DNA of 64,000 nt, from positions 20,357 to 84,356 of the IMG/VR virus record IMGVR_UViG_2852055501_000011, one strand, 5' to 3'. The notes below the pieces were generated by a model, which saw only the letters and a program-made list of their open reading frames with translations, searched no databases and was not told where the DNA came from. Below are positions 48,425 through 57,737 of the stretch, piece by piece. Position 1 is the first letter of the stretch; every line of letters begins with the position of its first letter. A program made the position numbers and the translations under genes. The stretch comes from a virus (lineage: Duplodnaviria; Caudoviricetes).

Positions 48425-48571
48425 TTACTCAGATATCCCAGGATGCGTTTGATCATCACCATCTCCTTTTATCTTCTCGACTACTTCAAGATGCGGACAT
48501 TCGTTGGCGCACTGGTCGCAAACATAAACTTCATCGTCGGCCAGTTCTTTACTGCATAGTTGGCATTCCAC
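48425..48571 (-). CDS. NinF-like small zinc-finger protein
   Basis: GTG start, ECQLCSKELADDEVYVCDQC. Confidence 0.55.
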   Translation of the reverse strand: MECQLCSKELADDEVYVCDQCANECPHLEVVEKIKGDGDDQTHPGISE

Positions 48572-48965
48572 GGCGAACCCCCATCAGCAACGAATCAAAA
48601 CGCTTTAAGAACGCGCTGCCCATCCCTTTCACATTGGCTTTTTTCACCACTTTTCCACCGGTGAAATTCAGCTTCGGATATTTATCGAAAACATCATCAT
48701 CCGGCTCAAATGCGAACCGATCCATCCCTCGCCATGATTCCAGTTTTTCATTTGCCATCGGGTCAATAACATAAAGCCCTTTATTAAGAACCTTCGGCAA
48801 TTTATGAATAATTCCCATCCTAACCATTTCAGCGATCTTTGCTCTTGCGGTGACATCAGCGTAGCCGGTGGCATCAGCAACATCCTGAGACGTAAAAGAT
48901 TTTTTGTTGCGAAAAATACTGATGATGAAATCAAATTGCATATACATATTGTTTGTCATCGCCAC
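48549..48965 (-). CDS. Hypothetical winged-helix protein
   Basis: FTSQDVADATG HTH-like segment. Confidence 0.6.
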   Translation of the reverse strand: MAMTNNMYMQFDFIISIFRNKKSFTSQDVADATGYADVTARAKIAEMVRMGIIHKLPKVLNKGLYVIDPMANEKLESWRGMDRFAFEPDDDVFDKYPKLNFTGGKVVKKANVKGMGSAFLKRFDSLLMGVRRGMPTMQ

Positions 48966-49153
48966 ATCCTGTTAACCATTGCTCGTGGTGTCGGTTTCAG
49001 ATATTTGACTACCGGCAGATACACGGTAACGTCGAAATACTGAGGATTGATATTCAGTGACTTCACCGGGTTATATCCTTTACGCCTGTAGTGAGCACAG
49101 AGGTTATCGGCTTCGTCATTGATGAGAAGCTGGTGTATGTGAGGTTCTTTCAT
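48956..49153 (-). CDS. Small nin-region protein
   Basis: EADNLCAHYRRKG..KSL; coupled to its neighbours. Confidence 0.6.
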   Translation of the reverse strand: MKEPHIHQLLINDEADNLCAHYRRKGYNPVKSLNINPQYFDVTVYLPVVKYLKPTPRAMVNRMWR

Positions 49154-49593
49154 TCGTCCTGCTCCCTTTTGAGTTTCATGTACTCCGAATCCTCAGGCGT
49201 AGTCAGTATTAAACCGAACTGTGCAGCCCATGATTCGATTTGCTGAAGAAAGTAATGCATATCCCCTTTATCAAGTTTTGAAGTGCGCCTGAGTGTCTCA
49301 CGCTGCGTTTTCTCGCCGGTGATAACATCGGTGTACTCAGTAGTTTCAAATCCGAGATATGTCGCCTTCAGGCTTTCCTTCACCCATGCTTCAGTGCAAA
49401 ACGGCCGGCCGGCACGAATCAGGTACTCGCTGATTTCTTTGTACCAGACATGGCTGAGTGCATTTTGTGAAAGGCTTCGTTTCGGGCGGTATGGTTTTGC
49501 GGTGATACTTAACTTCGGGTGGGTGCTCAGTAGTGATTTCAGTTGCTCGTAAAACAGTTTTTTGTTGGATTCATGCAGGCAGAAGTTTTCCAC
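49150..49593 (-). CDS. YbcN/NinB-family protein
   Basis: KRSLSQNALSHVWY, TSKLDKGDM. Confidence 0.88.
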   Translation of the reverse strand: MENFCLHESNKKLFYEQLKSLLSTHPKLSITAKPYRPKRSLSQNALSHVWYKEISEYLIRAGRPFCTEAWVKESLKATYLGFETTEYTDVITGEKTQRETLRRTSKLDKGDMHYFLQQIESWAAQFGLILTTPEDSEYMKLKREQDE

Positions 49594-49601
49594 ATTACCC
49601 C

Positions 49602-49979
49602 CTACTCCTCCGGCTCTATTCCTGTTTCGAAAAAGCTTAACCGCCCTTTCATCTGCACAAACGGCAACGATCGGCTATCTGCCAGAACGAAACCTTTCTC
49701 GCCAAAGAACCACGGCGATTCACTTTGTTCCACGCAGTCGGTGATTGTGGTTACTCCGACAATTCCGCCGGTTTCAAACTCTGAGCGGTGCGGAAGCTTA
49801 ATTCCGAGGCGGCAAGCCAAAGCATACGCGGCGTCATAGTCACTCTGCTTTACGCCATGCGATGCATGAACAAGAACCTGACCGCGATACTTCGTGCGCC
49901 AGCTGCGGTTTTCAATGTCTTTATGCCCGTTGACTATCAGCCATGCCCACGGCTGTCTGATTGATATTGCTTTCATCAC
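49602..49979 (-). CDS. ASCH domain protein
   Basis: KAISIRQPWAWLIVNGHKDIENRSW. Confidence 0.9.
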   Translation of the reverse strand: MMKAISIRQPWAWLIVNGHKDIENRSWRTKYRGQVLVHASHGVKQSDYDAAYALACRLGIKLPHRSEFETGGIVGVTTITDCVEQSESPWFFGEKGFVLADSRSLPFVQMKGRLSFFETGIEPEE

Positions 49980-50218
49980 TCCTCCGGTGGTTGTGGCAGT
50001 GGCATCCAGTGGGTTATTGGATATTCATTATCCAGAATGAAAAAACTTTCATCGCTTAGAAAATCATCGGTGCTTATAGACCATAACCAGCCCTCACCAT
50101 CAGGGTCTGACCGCAAAAAACAGTGCCAGACAAATTTACCTCTGTACTCGCTAAACCATCCGGCCAATACCGGCACTTCCATTTCGGGAAGTTGCTCACT
50201 CGTCTTAATCCATTCCAT
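49976..50218 (-). CDS. DUF551 protein
   Basis: WIKTSEQLP...ITHWMPLPQPP. Confidence 0.85.
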   Translation of the reverse strand: MEWIKTSEQLPEMEVPVLAGWFSEYRGKFVWHCFLRSDPDGEGWLWSISTDDFLSDESFFILDNEYPITHWMPLPQPPEE

Positions 50219-50414
50219 CTTCATCTCCTTTTGGCAGTGTCTGGTACGGCAGTCTGCTGCGAACTCCGGCCATGTAGGCGCGGTATTTGTATTCAATTCC
50301 CGCGAGTGCGTAAGTCCAATGCCCGTCCTGATGCTCTCTCCTGAAGCTTGTGACCATACTGACGGGGACGTGAAGCTCTTTCGCGTACCACTTTTCAAAA
50401 TCCGTTGGTTCCAT
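50205..50414 (-). CDS. Hypothetical protein
   Basis: FEKWY motif; GGAGG RBS. Confidence 0.6.
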   Translation of the reverse strand: MEPTDFEKWYAKELHVPVSMVTSFRREHQDGHWTYALAGIEYKYRAYMAGVRSRLPYQTLPKGDEDGMD

Positions 50415-50434
50415 AATCAAAAGTCCTCCGTGCC

Positions 50435-50599
50435 CTATCCGCGAACCCGTGTTGCTGTTCTGATGTTTTCGTATGCTTCAAACGCCTCCACACGCTCAAC
50501 GCCGTCACACTCTTTTGCATAGGCATACATGGCCTTTTCAGCTTCACGGTGTTTTTCCAGTGCAATACGTTTTAATTCTGCGATTTGTTCTGTAGTCAT
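50435..50599 (-). CDS. Hypothetical protein (54 aa)
   Basis: MTTEQIAELKRIALEKHREAEKAMYAYAKEC; AGGA RBS. Confidence 0.6.
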   Translation of the reverse strand: MTTEQIAELKRIALEKHREAEKAMYAYAKECDGVERVEAFEAYENIRTATRVRG

Positions 50600-50631
50600 A
50601 ATCAAAAGTCCTTCTGTCTTGGGTTATGCCG

Positions 50632-51999
50632 TCACACGTCCGCGCCTTTGAATCTGCGCTGCGCTGGCTGGTTGCTTTGCTGACAAATATTTGCAGCCAT
50701 AGCCTGGTCCGTATCGAGAAAGTGCCCGTCTTTGAATAGCTGATACACGGTCCCTAATTTCCCGAACCGGTTTTTTGTGACGATGATTTCAGCGTAATTG
50801 GCGGCAGGCGAATTTTCGTTATACACGCCGTCCCGGTACAGCATGATGATGGCATCCGCATCCTGCTCAACACTTCCTGAATCGCGAAGGTCCGCATTCG
50901 TCGGGCGCTTGTTTGGGCGTTTTTCCACATCACGGGATAACTGGCTGAGGGAGATAACAGGGGCCCGCAGGTCCTTAGCCATTGCTTTCAGGCTTGCTGA
51001 AATGTGCCCAATAGCCAGGTCATTACGCTCTGCCTTTGGTTTTTCAATCAGGCCGAGGTAGTCGACAAGGATGAGAGATAAATTCGGATTGGCCCGTTTG
51101 TGCCGACCTGATATTGCACGGATTTGTTCGACCGTTAATTTACTGGCATCGACAACCCACACATCGAGATCCACTATGCGGCCCATGCCGACGGTTACCT
51201 TTGTCCAGTCTTCCTGGTCCATCTTCGCCGGATTGCGCAGGGATGAAACCGGCATACTTGCGGCCCCTGCAATCTGACGCTCGATGATCTGCTGGGAATC
51301 CATTTCCATCGAGAAAATCAAAACGCCTTTTTTCTGGCTGGTCCCGCGAATGGTCTGTGAGGCAACGCCTTTGGTTATTCTCAGCGCCAGCTCTGTCTTA
51401 CCCATGCCGGGCCGGGCCGCAACAATAACCAGGTCAACAGGGTTTATACCGCCGGTAATATCATCAAGGTCCGGGATGCCGGTTTTCAGCGTGTCAGACT
51501 CATCACCATTCTGGACCCGCTTTTCAAGCATCTGCGCGTAGTCTTCGGCTATTTCCTTCAGGTGAACGGGCCGGATCTCATCCTGCGGGGCCCGGATTTC
51601 AGATGCCTTTGCCAGAAACTGATCCATTGCCTCAGTCGCTGCGTCGACGGTCCCGTGTTCGATTTGTCCTCGTACAGAGTCCATCAGCTCAATCATCTTC
51701 CGGCGGCAGTGAAGGTCCATAACCATCTTCGCGTAGCCTTTCAGGTTGGCAGCGCTCGGGCAGTTTTTCGCGGCCTCCATCACGTTGCTGAACTGATCGC
51801 CCATCTCCTCGGCAACCATCAGAACATCAATCAGCCCACGGGCCTTCGCCTGCTTCCTGATAACCTCATAGGTCCTGCGGCAAAATCCGGACCCGAAGAA
51901 TTCAGGCTCCATCGTGGCGAGAACATCACTGGCATCCTGTGTTAACCCGCTAATCAGCAGGCCACCGATAACACTCGATTCAACTTCAAAATTAATCAC
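50632..51999 (-). CDS. DnaB-like replicative helicase
   Basis: [37 protein letters not shown]. Confidence 0.95.
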   Translation of the reverse strand: MINFEVESSVIGGLLISGLTQDASDVLATMEPEFFGSGFCRRTYEVIRKQAKARGLIDVLMVAEEMGDQFSNVMEAAKNCPSAANLKGYAKMVMDLHCRRKMIELMDSVRGQIEHGTVDAATEAMDQFLAKASEIRAPQDEIRPVHLKEIAEDYAQMLEKRVQNGDESDTLKTGIPDLDDITGGINPVDLVIVAARPGMGKTELALRITKGVASQTIRGTSQKKGVLIFSMEMDSQQIIERQIAGAASMPVSSLRNPAKMDQEDWTKVTVGMGRIVDLDVWVVDASKLTVEQIRAISGRHKRANPNLSLILVDYLGLIEKPKAERNDLAIGHISASLKAMAKDLRAPVISLSQLSRDVEKRPNKRPTNADLRDSGSVEQDADAIIMLYRDGVYNENSPAANYAEIIVTKNRFGKLGTVYQLFKDGHFLDTDQAMAANICQQSNQPAQRRFKGADV

Positions 52000-52001
52000 G
52001 A

Positions 52002-52838
52002 CTACCTCCCTGTGAGACTTGGTTTTCCTTCTCGGACCGCTGTGAGCGTGTCTTCCTTCAGCAGATACTCGATGTCGGCCGTCCATCCGCGATCACCTTC
52101 CCCGAAATAAAATGGCTTAGCCATCCTGACGAAAGCCCGTACATAGGCTCGCCAGCCGTCAACGTTTGGAGTTGCCAGTTTCGGAATTATTTTCTTCAGG
52201 TTGCGTTTTCGCTTCTCAGTGAGATCGATAGCGTGAGGCAGGCGGTCACCGACTTCCTCGTTGTAGGCAATGAGATATTCGTCGTAATTGATTTTCACTG
52301 CCCGGCGCTTTTTAGGTTTAACCAACCCTTCCACTTCACCCCCAACGGGGGTATGGGGGTTAGTTTCTTTCTTTTCTTTTGTAATAGTTTCTTTTGTGTG
52401 ACTCTGTTTTGGTGACAACGCTGTCATCGTTTTGGTGACACTTTTTGTCACTGTTTTGGTGACATTGTCACCAGAGTAGTGACACCCTGTTATTTCCCAC
52501 TCACTCACGTTCTTGTTTGGTCCGATTCTCGGTCCATCCATAACGACTACACGCATTGCTATCAGCTCGTTTTTCGCCTTGTTAACTTTCTGCCGTGGCA
52601 GGTTGGTCAGCTCGCTTAACTGACTGTCTGCAATGCGGTCCGACTTCTTGCCGAAGCCGTAAGTTTTCCGGCAAATAGCGTGTGCTACCTTGGCCTGATT
52701 TTTTGTTAAGTCAGCGCCTATCAGGGCCTCATACAGAGCATTTGCAAGTCTGGTGTACCCATCATCAAGATCTGCCACCGTTGGCCTCTCTTGCCGTCGT
52801 GCGGCTCCAAAGTCAGCGTATGCAACGTTACTGTTCAT
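52002..52838 (-). CDS. Replication initiator (lambda O/P22 gp18-like)
   Basis: [24 protein letters not shown]. Confidence 0.93.
   Translation of the reverse strand: MNSNVAYADFGAARRQERPTVADLDDGYTRLANALYEALIGADLTKNQAKVAHAICRKTYGFGKKSDRIADSQLSELTNLPRQKVNKAKNELIAMRVVVMDGPRIGPNKNVSEWEITGCHYSGDNVTKTVTKSVTKTMTALSPKQSHTKETITKEKKETNPHTPVGGEVEGLVKPKKRRAVKINYDEYLIAYNEEVGDRLPHAIDLTEKRKRNLKKIIPKLATPNVDGWRAYVRAFVRMAKPFYFGEGDRGWTADIEYLLKEDTLTAVREGKPSLTGR
52408..52484. repeat. Origin iterons within the O gene
   Basis: TTTGGTGACA three times with inverted TGTCA halves, next to an AT-rich tract. Confidence 0.8.
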
Positions 52839-53010
52839 GCCGTTTACCTCCGGTCAGTTCTTCCCTATGGGCTTTCCGCAATAAAGCATCGTTAAAAGCC
52901 GCCCTGAGTGCTTTCGCGCCTTGCTCAGTGACACTCCTTGTCTCGTTGTATTCGGCGATGTTTTTATGCACAGCGTGATAGTTAAAACTATGATTCCGTT
53001 TACGTTTCAT
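52828..53010 (-). CDS. Hypothetical protein
   Basis: 60 aa, GAGG RBS, overlaps the O start. Confidence 0.6.
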   Translation of the reverse strand: MKRKRNHSFNYHAVHKNIAEYNETRSVTEQGAKALRAAFNDALLRKAHREELTGGKRHEQ

Positions 53011-53083
53011 ATATAATTAGTCCTCATCAAGTACTAAATTGATTTGACTCTTAGCCTCGGTTACAGTCGGGGCTTTTTCTTGC

Positions 53084-53338
53084 CTAAAACATCGATACCT
53101 GTCGTGATACTTTGGCTTTCTTTTTCGTTCCTGCGCTTGGCTTCTGTCCATACTTCTCAGCCCATAACTTTGCTACCCGAAGGCAGTCATCAAACATCCC
53201 GCCACGTCGTGTTGCCTGTGAGCAGCGGCGATAATGGTCTAAACCCTGGTCGGCGGCGAAGTCTAATACCCCCCCCTGATACCCGAGCTTTTCCAGTTCG
53301 CTAATGATGTTCTTCCTGATGAACTCCGTTGGATTCAT
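53084..53338 (-). CDS. Hypothetical protein
   Basis: GGAGG RBS; GLDHYRRCSQA..GGMFDDCL. Confidence 0.65.
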   Translation of the reverse strand: MNPTEFIRKNIISELEKLGYQGGVLDFAADQGLDHYRRCSQATRRGGMFDDCLRVAKLWAEKYGQKPSAGTKKKAKVSRQVSMF

Positions 53339-53633
53339 GAAAACCTCCCGTTTTCCACAATGAGAATTCCGCTATCTGCTTCCACAGAAACCGGTACTCT
53401 TCCTCGCTGATTTTCTTCTCGCCCGGCAAAACAAAATCTGTGATACCGGCTGCGGCCAATGTCTCGCATATCTCCGGTAACTTTTCTGTTCTGCGTAAGA
53501 CTGTTGAATCGTGTACACCGAGCAGTTTTGCAACCACTGTCTGTGTGGTGCTTCTCAGTGCCTGATGAGCTGTTGCCATCAGATGATTTGACACAAACCG
53601 GTTAAACGATTTGCGTGGATTTGCATTTTCCAT
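53301..53633 (-). CDS. CII-like activator
   Basis: QTVVAKLLGVHDSTVLR HTH; follows cro. Confidence 0.8.
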   Translation of the reverse strand: MENANPRKSFNRFVSNHLMATAHQALRSTTQTVVAKLLGVHDSTVLRRTEKLPEICETLAAAGITDFVLPGEKKISEEEYRFLWKQIAEFSLWKTGGFHESNGVHQEEHH

Positions 53634-53711
53634 AATTCATAATGTCCTTATTGAGATACAGTTATTCGCTCACTTCCTGTGAGGTGTTGCTGTGTTGAAA
53701 AAAAGTACGTT

Positions 53712-53838
53712 TGTACAGCGCCGTTACTCTGCTTGTCCGTTATCCCTTAACTGACGGATCGCCCCAGTTAAGCCGCACCATGTGCAATACAGATAAACAG
53801 CGCCTGTACATTCCGATTTTGTAAATTGTTAAAGAGCA
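53712..53838 (-). ncRNA. boxA plus structured RNA element in the PR transcript (nutR position)
   Basis: TGCTCTTTAACA just after the cro stop; closing stem TGTACA-G-GCGCTGTT/AACGGCGC-TGTACA; two internal hairpins and a loop pseudoknot. Confidence 0.6.
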
Positions 53839-53843
53839 GTTTC

Positions 53844-54071
53844 TTACCAGTACTGATTGCCAAATTCCCAAACGTGCGGGAGGTCTGGCCTTAGGTCTCT
53901 GCCTTTAACTTGTCCGTTGGTCGCCTTGACGATTAGCGGAATGTATTCAGGGGAAACCTTCGCCTTGTTGTGAAGCCACTTAAAAACTGCCTGCTGCGTC
54001 AAACCGCATGCTTCGCCAAGTTTTTTTTGTGTTCCCACAATATCAATGGCGGTTTTAATTGCTTCGTTCAT
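53844..54071 (-). CDS. Cro-like repressor (YdaS family)
   Basis: GTQKKLGEACGLTQQAVFKW..DLRPDL. Confidence 0.9.
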   Translation of the reverse strand: MNEAIKTAIDIVGTQKKLGEACGLTQQAVFKWLHNKAKVSPEYIPLIVKATNGQVKGRDLRPDLPHVWEFGNQYW

Positions 54072-54072
54072 A

Positions 54073-54164
54073 AAAACCTCCGTTGTTTTATTTTCCATAT
54101 TAAAACCATAGTTGTTTTTAATCAACAACTATATTCGTTTGAATAACAACAACCGAGGTTGTAT
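54073..54164. promoter_or_regulatory. OR operators
   Basis: Four imperfect AACAAC-N4/5-GTTGTT palindromes between cro and cI. Confidence 0.7.
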
Positions 54165-54174
54165 CTTTGGGATT

Positions 54175-54882
54175 ATGAAAACGACTCTTGCACAACGACT
54201 AAAACAAGCCAGAAAACACGCTGGTCTTTCTCAGAAAGAACTTGGCGAGGCTATTGGTGTATCTCAGGCGGCTATTCAGAAAATTGAGTCTGGCAGCGCT
54301 CAGACGTCCACAAAGCTGATAGAAATAGCTAAAGTCCTGTCAGTTCCGGCGGAATGGCTTTCATCTGGTGCCGGGGATAATCCATTACTCCCCTCTGATG
54401 GTGCTGGTACAGTGAAAATAGATCTTGTCACTCCTGCAGCAATAGAGACTTACAAAGTGGAAATCCTCGATGTTGAAGCCAGCGCTGGCCCTGGCGTTAT
54501 GGTTTTAGATGATTTTATTGAAACCATCACGGCAATTGAGTATTCAGCGGAAGAAGCCAAGAGGCTGTTTGGCGGAAGGCCAGCTGATACCGTTAAGATG
54601 ATCACTGTGAGAGGTGACTCTATGGCGGACACCTTCGAACCACGCGATCAGATATTCGTTGATATGACCGTTAACCATTTTGACGGTGACGGAATTTATG
54701 TCTTCATACTGGACAATCAGCTCTACATTAAGCGCCTGCAAATGCAGTACAAGCGCCTTGCTGTGATATCAGATAATCCAAAATATGAAACATGGCACTT
54801 GAATGAAGAGTCTATTGATGGCGTATTCATACAGGCTAAGGTACTCGTGAGCCAGTCAATTAAGTATAAATTTCACGGGTAA
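54175..54882 (+). CDS. CI-like repressor (HTH plus S24 peptidase)
   Basis: HTH, ASAG cleavage site, GDSM, YIKRL. Confidence 0.95.
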   Translation: MKTTLAQRLKQARKHAGLSQKELGEAIGVSQAAIQKIESGSAQTSTKLIEIAKVLSVPAEWLSSGAGDNPLLPSDGAGTVKIDLVTPAAIETYKVEILDVEASAGPGVMVLDDFIETITAIEYSAEEAKRLFGGRPADTVKMITVRGDSMADTFEPRDQIFVDMTVNHFDGDGIYVFILDNQLYIKRLQMQYKRLAVISDNPKYETWHLNEESIDGVFIQAKVLVSQSIKYKFHG

Positions 54883-54989
54883 CAGTGGCCTAACGACGCG
54901 TTTTAGGGTGTGGTTGACATTCTTTACTTCAATATCTCTTGGTTTGCCGCACAAAATTGATAATGACACTACAGGTGATGTCATATAAT

Positions 54990-55295
54990 ATGTCCAGAAC
55001 ACAAGATGTAATCAATGAGCTAATTAAGCGTAAAAAGGCCATATCTTGTAATGGCAGCAAAGGATTGTTGTTGTACTTAGAATCCTTGGGGTTTAAGCAC
55101 AAGGAGGGGAAGACGGTAGGTCACAGAATTTTCACCCACCCTCAGCTTAGCTCTATATCTGACTACAAGACTCATTCGGTAGATTGTGGACACAAGCCGA
55201 ACAGAGACATGAAGCACGCGTACATAACAAACACATTGCGCGTACTTAATCAGTACAAGGATGAACTAGAGGAAATTGAAGCCAATGACAAATAA
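54990..55295 (+). CDS. HicA-family toxin
   Basis: LESLGF..GKTVGHRIFTHP..HKP..MKHAYI pattern typical of the HicA fold. Confidence 0.82.
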   Translation: MSRTQDVINELIKRKKAISCNGSKGLLLYLESLGFKHKEGKTVGHRIFTHPQLSSISDYKTHSVDCGHKPNRDMKHAYITNTLRVLNQYKDELEEIEANDK

Positions 55296-55863
55296 AGTCT
55301 TTGATCCTGAAAAATATACAATATCAGTAAAGAAAACCACCGAAGATGGTGAGGTGGTTTTTGTGGCTAGCGTCGCCGAGCTTCCTGATATCAGAGAGTA
55401 TGCAGATACTGCTGACTTCGCCAGAGAGTTAGCAATTGATTCAATATCCACCGCATATGAAGTTTTTGCTGAGCAAGGGATGATTTTCCCTCAACCAAGT
55501 GATGATTCTCAAATTGAAAGTGTCAGCGGAAGAGTAACTTTGCGTCTGCCAAAATCAATCCACGCCAAATGCATAAAAGCAGCGGAAAATGATGGCGTCA
55601 GTTTGAATTCATACTTAACAACCTGCATAACAAGCTACTCTGCACAGAATGAAATTAAAGGCGAGATTCGCAGCCAGTTCACCCAGGTGAAGGCGCTAAT
55701 AAAGTCTCACGGCAGATCAGATACCTATAGCGGAAGAATGGTTGATAGAGGTGGAAACTCTTGGGTTTCATCACTGGATGCAAAATTTTCTAAAGAGAGT
55801 GACACCCTGGAAAGGGATAGTGAAATTCAATTATCTGGCTTTTATTCGGAGTTATATCAATGA
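55276..55863 (+). CDS. HicB-family antitoxin with long C-terminal extension
   Basis: YTI..FVASVAELPD..; SGRVTLRLPKSIH..AENDGVSLNSY RHH domain; about 75 extra residues. Confidence 0.88.
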   Translation: MKPMTNKVFDPEKYTISVKKTTEDGEVVFVASVAELPDIREYADTADFARELAIDSISTAYEVFAEQGMIFPQPSDDSQIESVSGRVTLRLPKSIHAKCIKAAENDGVSLNSYLTTCITSYSAQNEIKGEIRSQFTQVKALIKSHGRSDTYSGRMVDRGGNSWVSSLDAKFSKESDTLERDSEIQLSGFYSELYQ

Positions 55864-56300
55864 GTATTATGTCGTCAGTCATATTAAAATCCGCAACGGT
55901 CACTTCTAACACCATGGATTTTGTAAGACCAGATATTGATGTCGCCAAAGTGGCTGTAAAATTTAAACTGCACAACGCCTTAGAAGAAGATGAAGAGTAC
56001 AAATATTGCAGGTTAGCATTCTCCGGTGATGTTATTGGAAAATTAACCGATGAAGATGAACCTGATTTCGATTTAGTTGACCATGAGTTTAAGTTTGGCA
56101 TCTCCGTTGATTATGAATTTGAAATCAACGATCGAGAGAAATATCTATCACTAACTAAAGATGAAAAAGCTGAATTGTGTGCAAATTTAGTTTATCTAGA
56201 TTTTAGAAGGCGCATGACGCTAAATGCAAATAACATAGGGATAAGCAGCTTTAGAATGCCACTATCGTTAATGACTCTAACAAAGAAATCAGAAAAATAA
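55860..56300 (+). CDS. SecB-like chaperone
   Basis: 146 aa, acidic, four beta-strand-like segments then CANLVYLDFRRRM..GISSFRMP paralleling SecB CPNILFPYARE..G.FPQL.L; ATG overlaps the hicB stop. Confidence 0.68.
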   Translation: MSIMSSVILKSATVTSNTMDFVRPDIDVAKVAVKFKLHNALEEDEEYKYCRLAFSGDVIGKLTDEDEPDFDLVDHEFKFGISVDYEFEINDREKYLSLTKDEKAELCANLVYLDFRRRMTLNANNIGISSFRMPLSLMTLTKKSEK

Positions 56301-56444
56301 CCCCCAGCCCTCCCCGCGAGGGCTTTTTTGTGCCTGTAATTCCCCCGCCTGTGTGATCTGCGTCCAATCGTGACGATTTTTTGAAAATAAATAACAAATT
56401 AAAACAACCAAATACAACCAATGAAGAGAAAAAAAACCCATATA

Positions 56445-56484
56445 AACAACTTTGGTTGTTGACATTAAAACAACTATAGTTTTT
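56445..56484. promoter_or_regulatory. OL operators and PL promoter
   Basis: AACAACTTTGGTTGTT and AACAACTATAGTTTTT overlapping TTGACA. Confidence 0.72.
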
Positions 56485-56527
56485 AATTAACTCATCGAAG
56501 GCAACCACAGTATGAAAACACCTTCAT

Positions 56528-56684
56528 TGTTCTTTAACAATTCAGAAAGTCGAAACAGCACAATCCACCTGTTTAGATCCCAACGCACAAATGCGATGTA
56601 GCGCCTAATGGGTGGCGTGAAGATTAGCACTGCACGAAAGTGATCACGGTCGTGAACGGGCAACACTGGCGGGATGGGTTGTGT
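56528..56684 (+). ncRNA. boxA plus structured RNA element in the PL leader (nutL position)
   Basis: TGTTCTTTAACA; closing stem GCACAATCCA/TGGGTTGTGT; hairpins CGCA/TGCG and CTAAT/ATTAG; loop CGTGA complementary to TCACG. Confidence 0.55.
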
Positions 56685-56732
56685 GAGCGCAGATACTAAT
56701 TATAGCCCATTCGGTGAGTGGGCTATGGTGAG

Positions 56733-57236
56733 TTAACCAGACTTCAACTTAGAAACCGGAGATAAATATACCGAACCACATGAATTGCATTTAAGGGTAG
56801 CAATATGAGCGCCAATACCAGGGATAGTTTTAACCGAATTAATGCTAAGTGCAGACGCCTTTCCAGACTCATAACAGTGAGCACAAAAGTAGGAATATTT
56901 GCTAATGGAGTTTTCGGGAAGATTCTTACGATAGATCGTCGTACCAAGCATAGGGCTCCACGCTTCATAATCAACGGACTCTCTAAGCCATTTCTCTTTG
57001 TCAGCATTTTTTGCATTTGCTTCACTGAGAGACTCCTCAAGGAGCATTATCGACTTCTGCTTCTCATTTATGATCTCTAAAAGCTTAGTGTTTTCCATTT
57101 GAATATCATGAAGTTTTCTATTTATTTCATAGACTGCATTGTCAATAACAGCCTGATTTTTAGCGTCATTAACGGCGTTAAATAGATTAAGGCTTTCTCT
57201 GATAGCAGCAATAGCCGCTGGAATTTCACCGAACAT
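56733..57236 (-). CDS. Antisense moron protein, coiled coil plus CxxC..CxxC zinc finger
   Basis: Low GC, FCAHC and CNSC, own terminator near 56702-56726. Confidence 0.75.
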   Translation of the reverse strand: MFGEIPAAIAAIRESLNLFNAVNDAKNQAVIDNAVYEINRKLHDIQMENTKLLEIINEKQKSIMLLEESLSEANAKNADKEKWLRESVDYEAWSPMLGTTIYRKNLPENSISKYSYFCAHCYESGKASALSINSVKTIPGIGAHIATLKCNSCGSVYLSPVSKLKSG

Positions 57237-57500
57237 AATTAACTTCCATATTGTGGGGGTGAGTTAATTATAACTGTTTTCTGTTGTGGGGGCACGACGG
57301 AACCACCTCGCCTGATGTGGTTAAAAGCAGGCATCCAGTCAGTATTGGGATTGGTGAATGCGAAGGCGGTTGGATATTTGAGGCCATGTAGCCAGCGTAT
57401 GTGCGGGGTTCCGCCACCAATCACCAATACTGACTAACACCCCGCAGCGGGGATAACTATTCGGACATCACGTAGCACAGGGAAGTGCATAGGAGGAAGT

Positions 57501-57737
57501 ATGACAGATAAAACAGGTGGATCGGCGTTTCCAATGCTTGGAAGTGTGGCCTACAACTCAGACTGGGATATCGACCCAGGAATGACGCTGCGGGATTATT
57601 TTGCAGCAAAGGCTATGCAGGGAATAATTACCACAGCTGCAGCGCCAATTTTAACATCCTTGGCAGGTCTTGATGACGACATCGCAAAAACATCTTACGA
57701 GCTGGCAGACGCAATGCTCAGAGCAAGGGAGAAATGA
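57501..57737 (+). CDS. Conserved early phage protein
   Basis: GGSAFP..GMTLRDYFAAKAMQ..LADAML. Confidence 0.8.
   Translation: MTDKTGGSAFPMLGSVAYNSDWDIDPGMTLRDYFAAKAMQGIITTAAAPILTSLAGLDDDIAKTSYELADAMLRAREK

Noticed and set aside
56512-56601. Short ORF after PL as an N antiterminator
   Set aside because: MKTPSLFFNNSESRNSTIHLFRSQRTNAM is only 29 aa, lacks an arginine-rich motif and overlaps boxA
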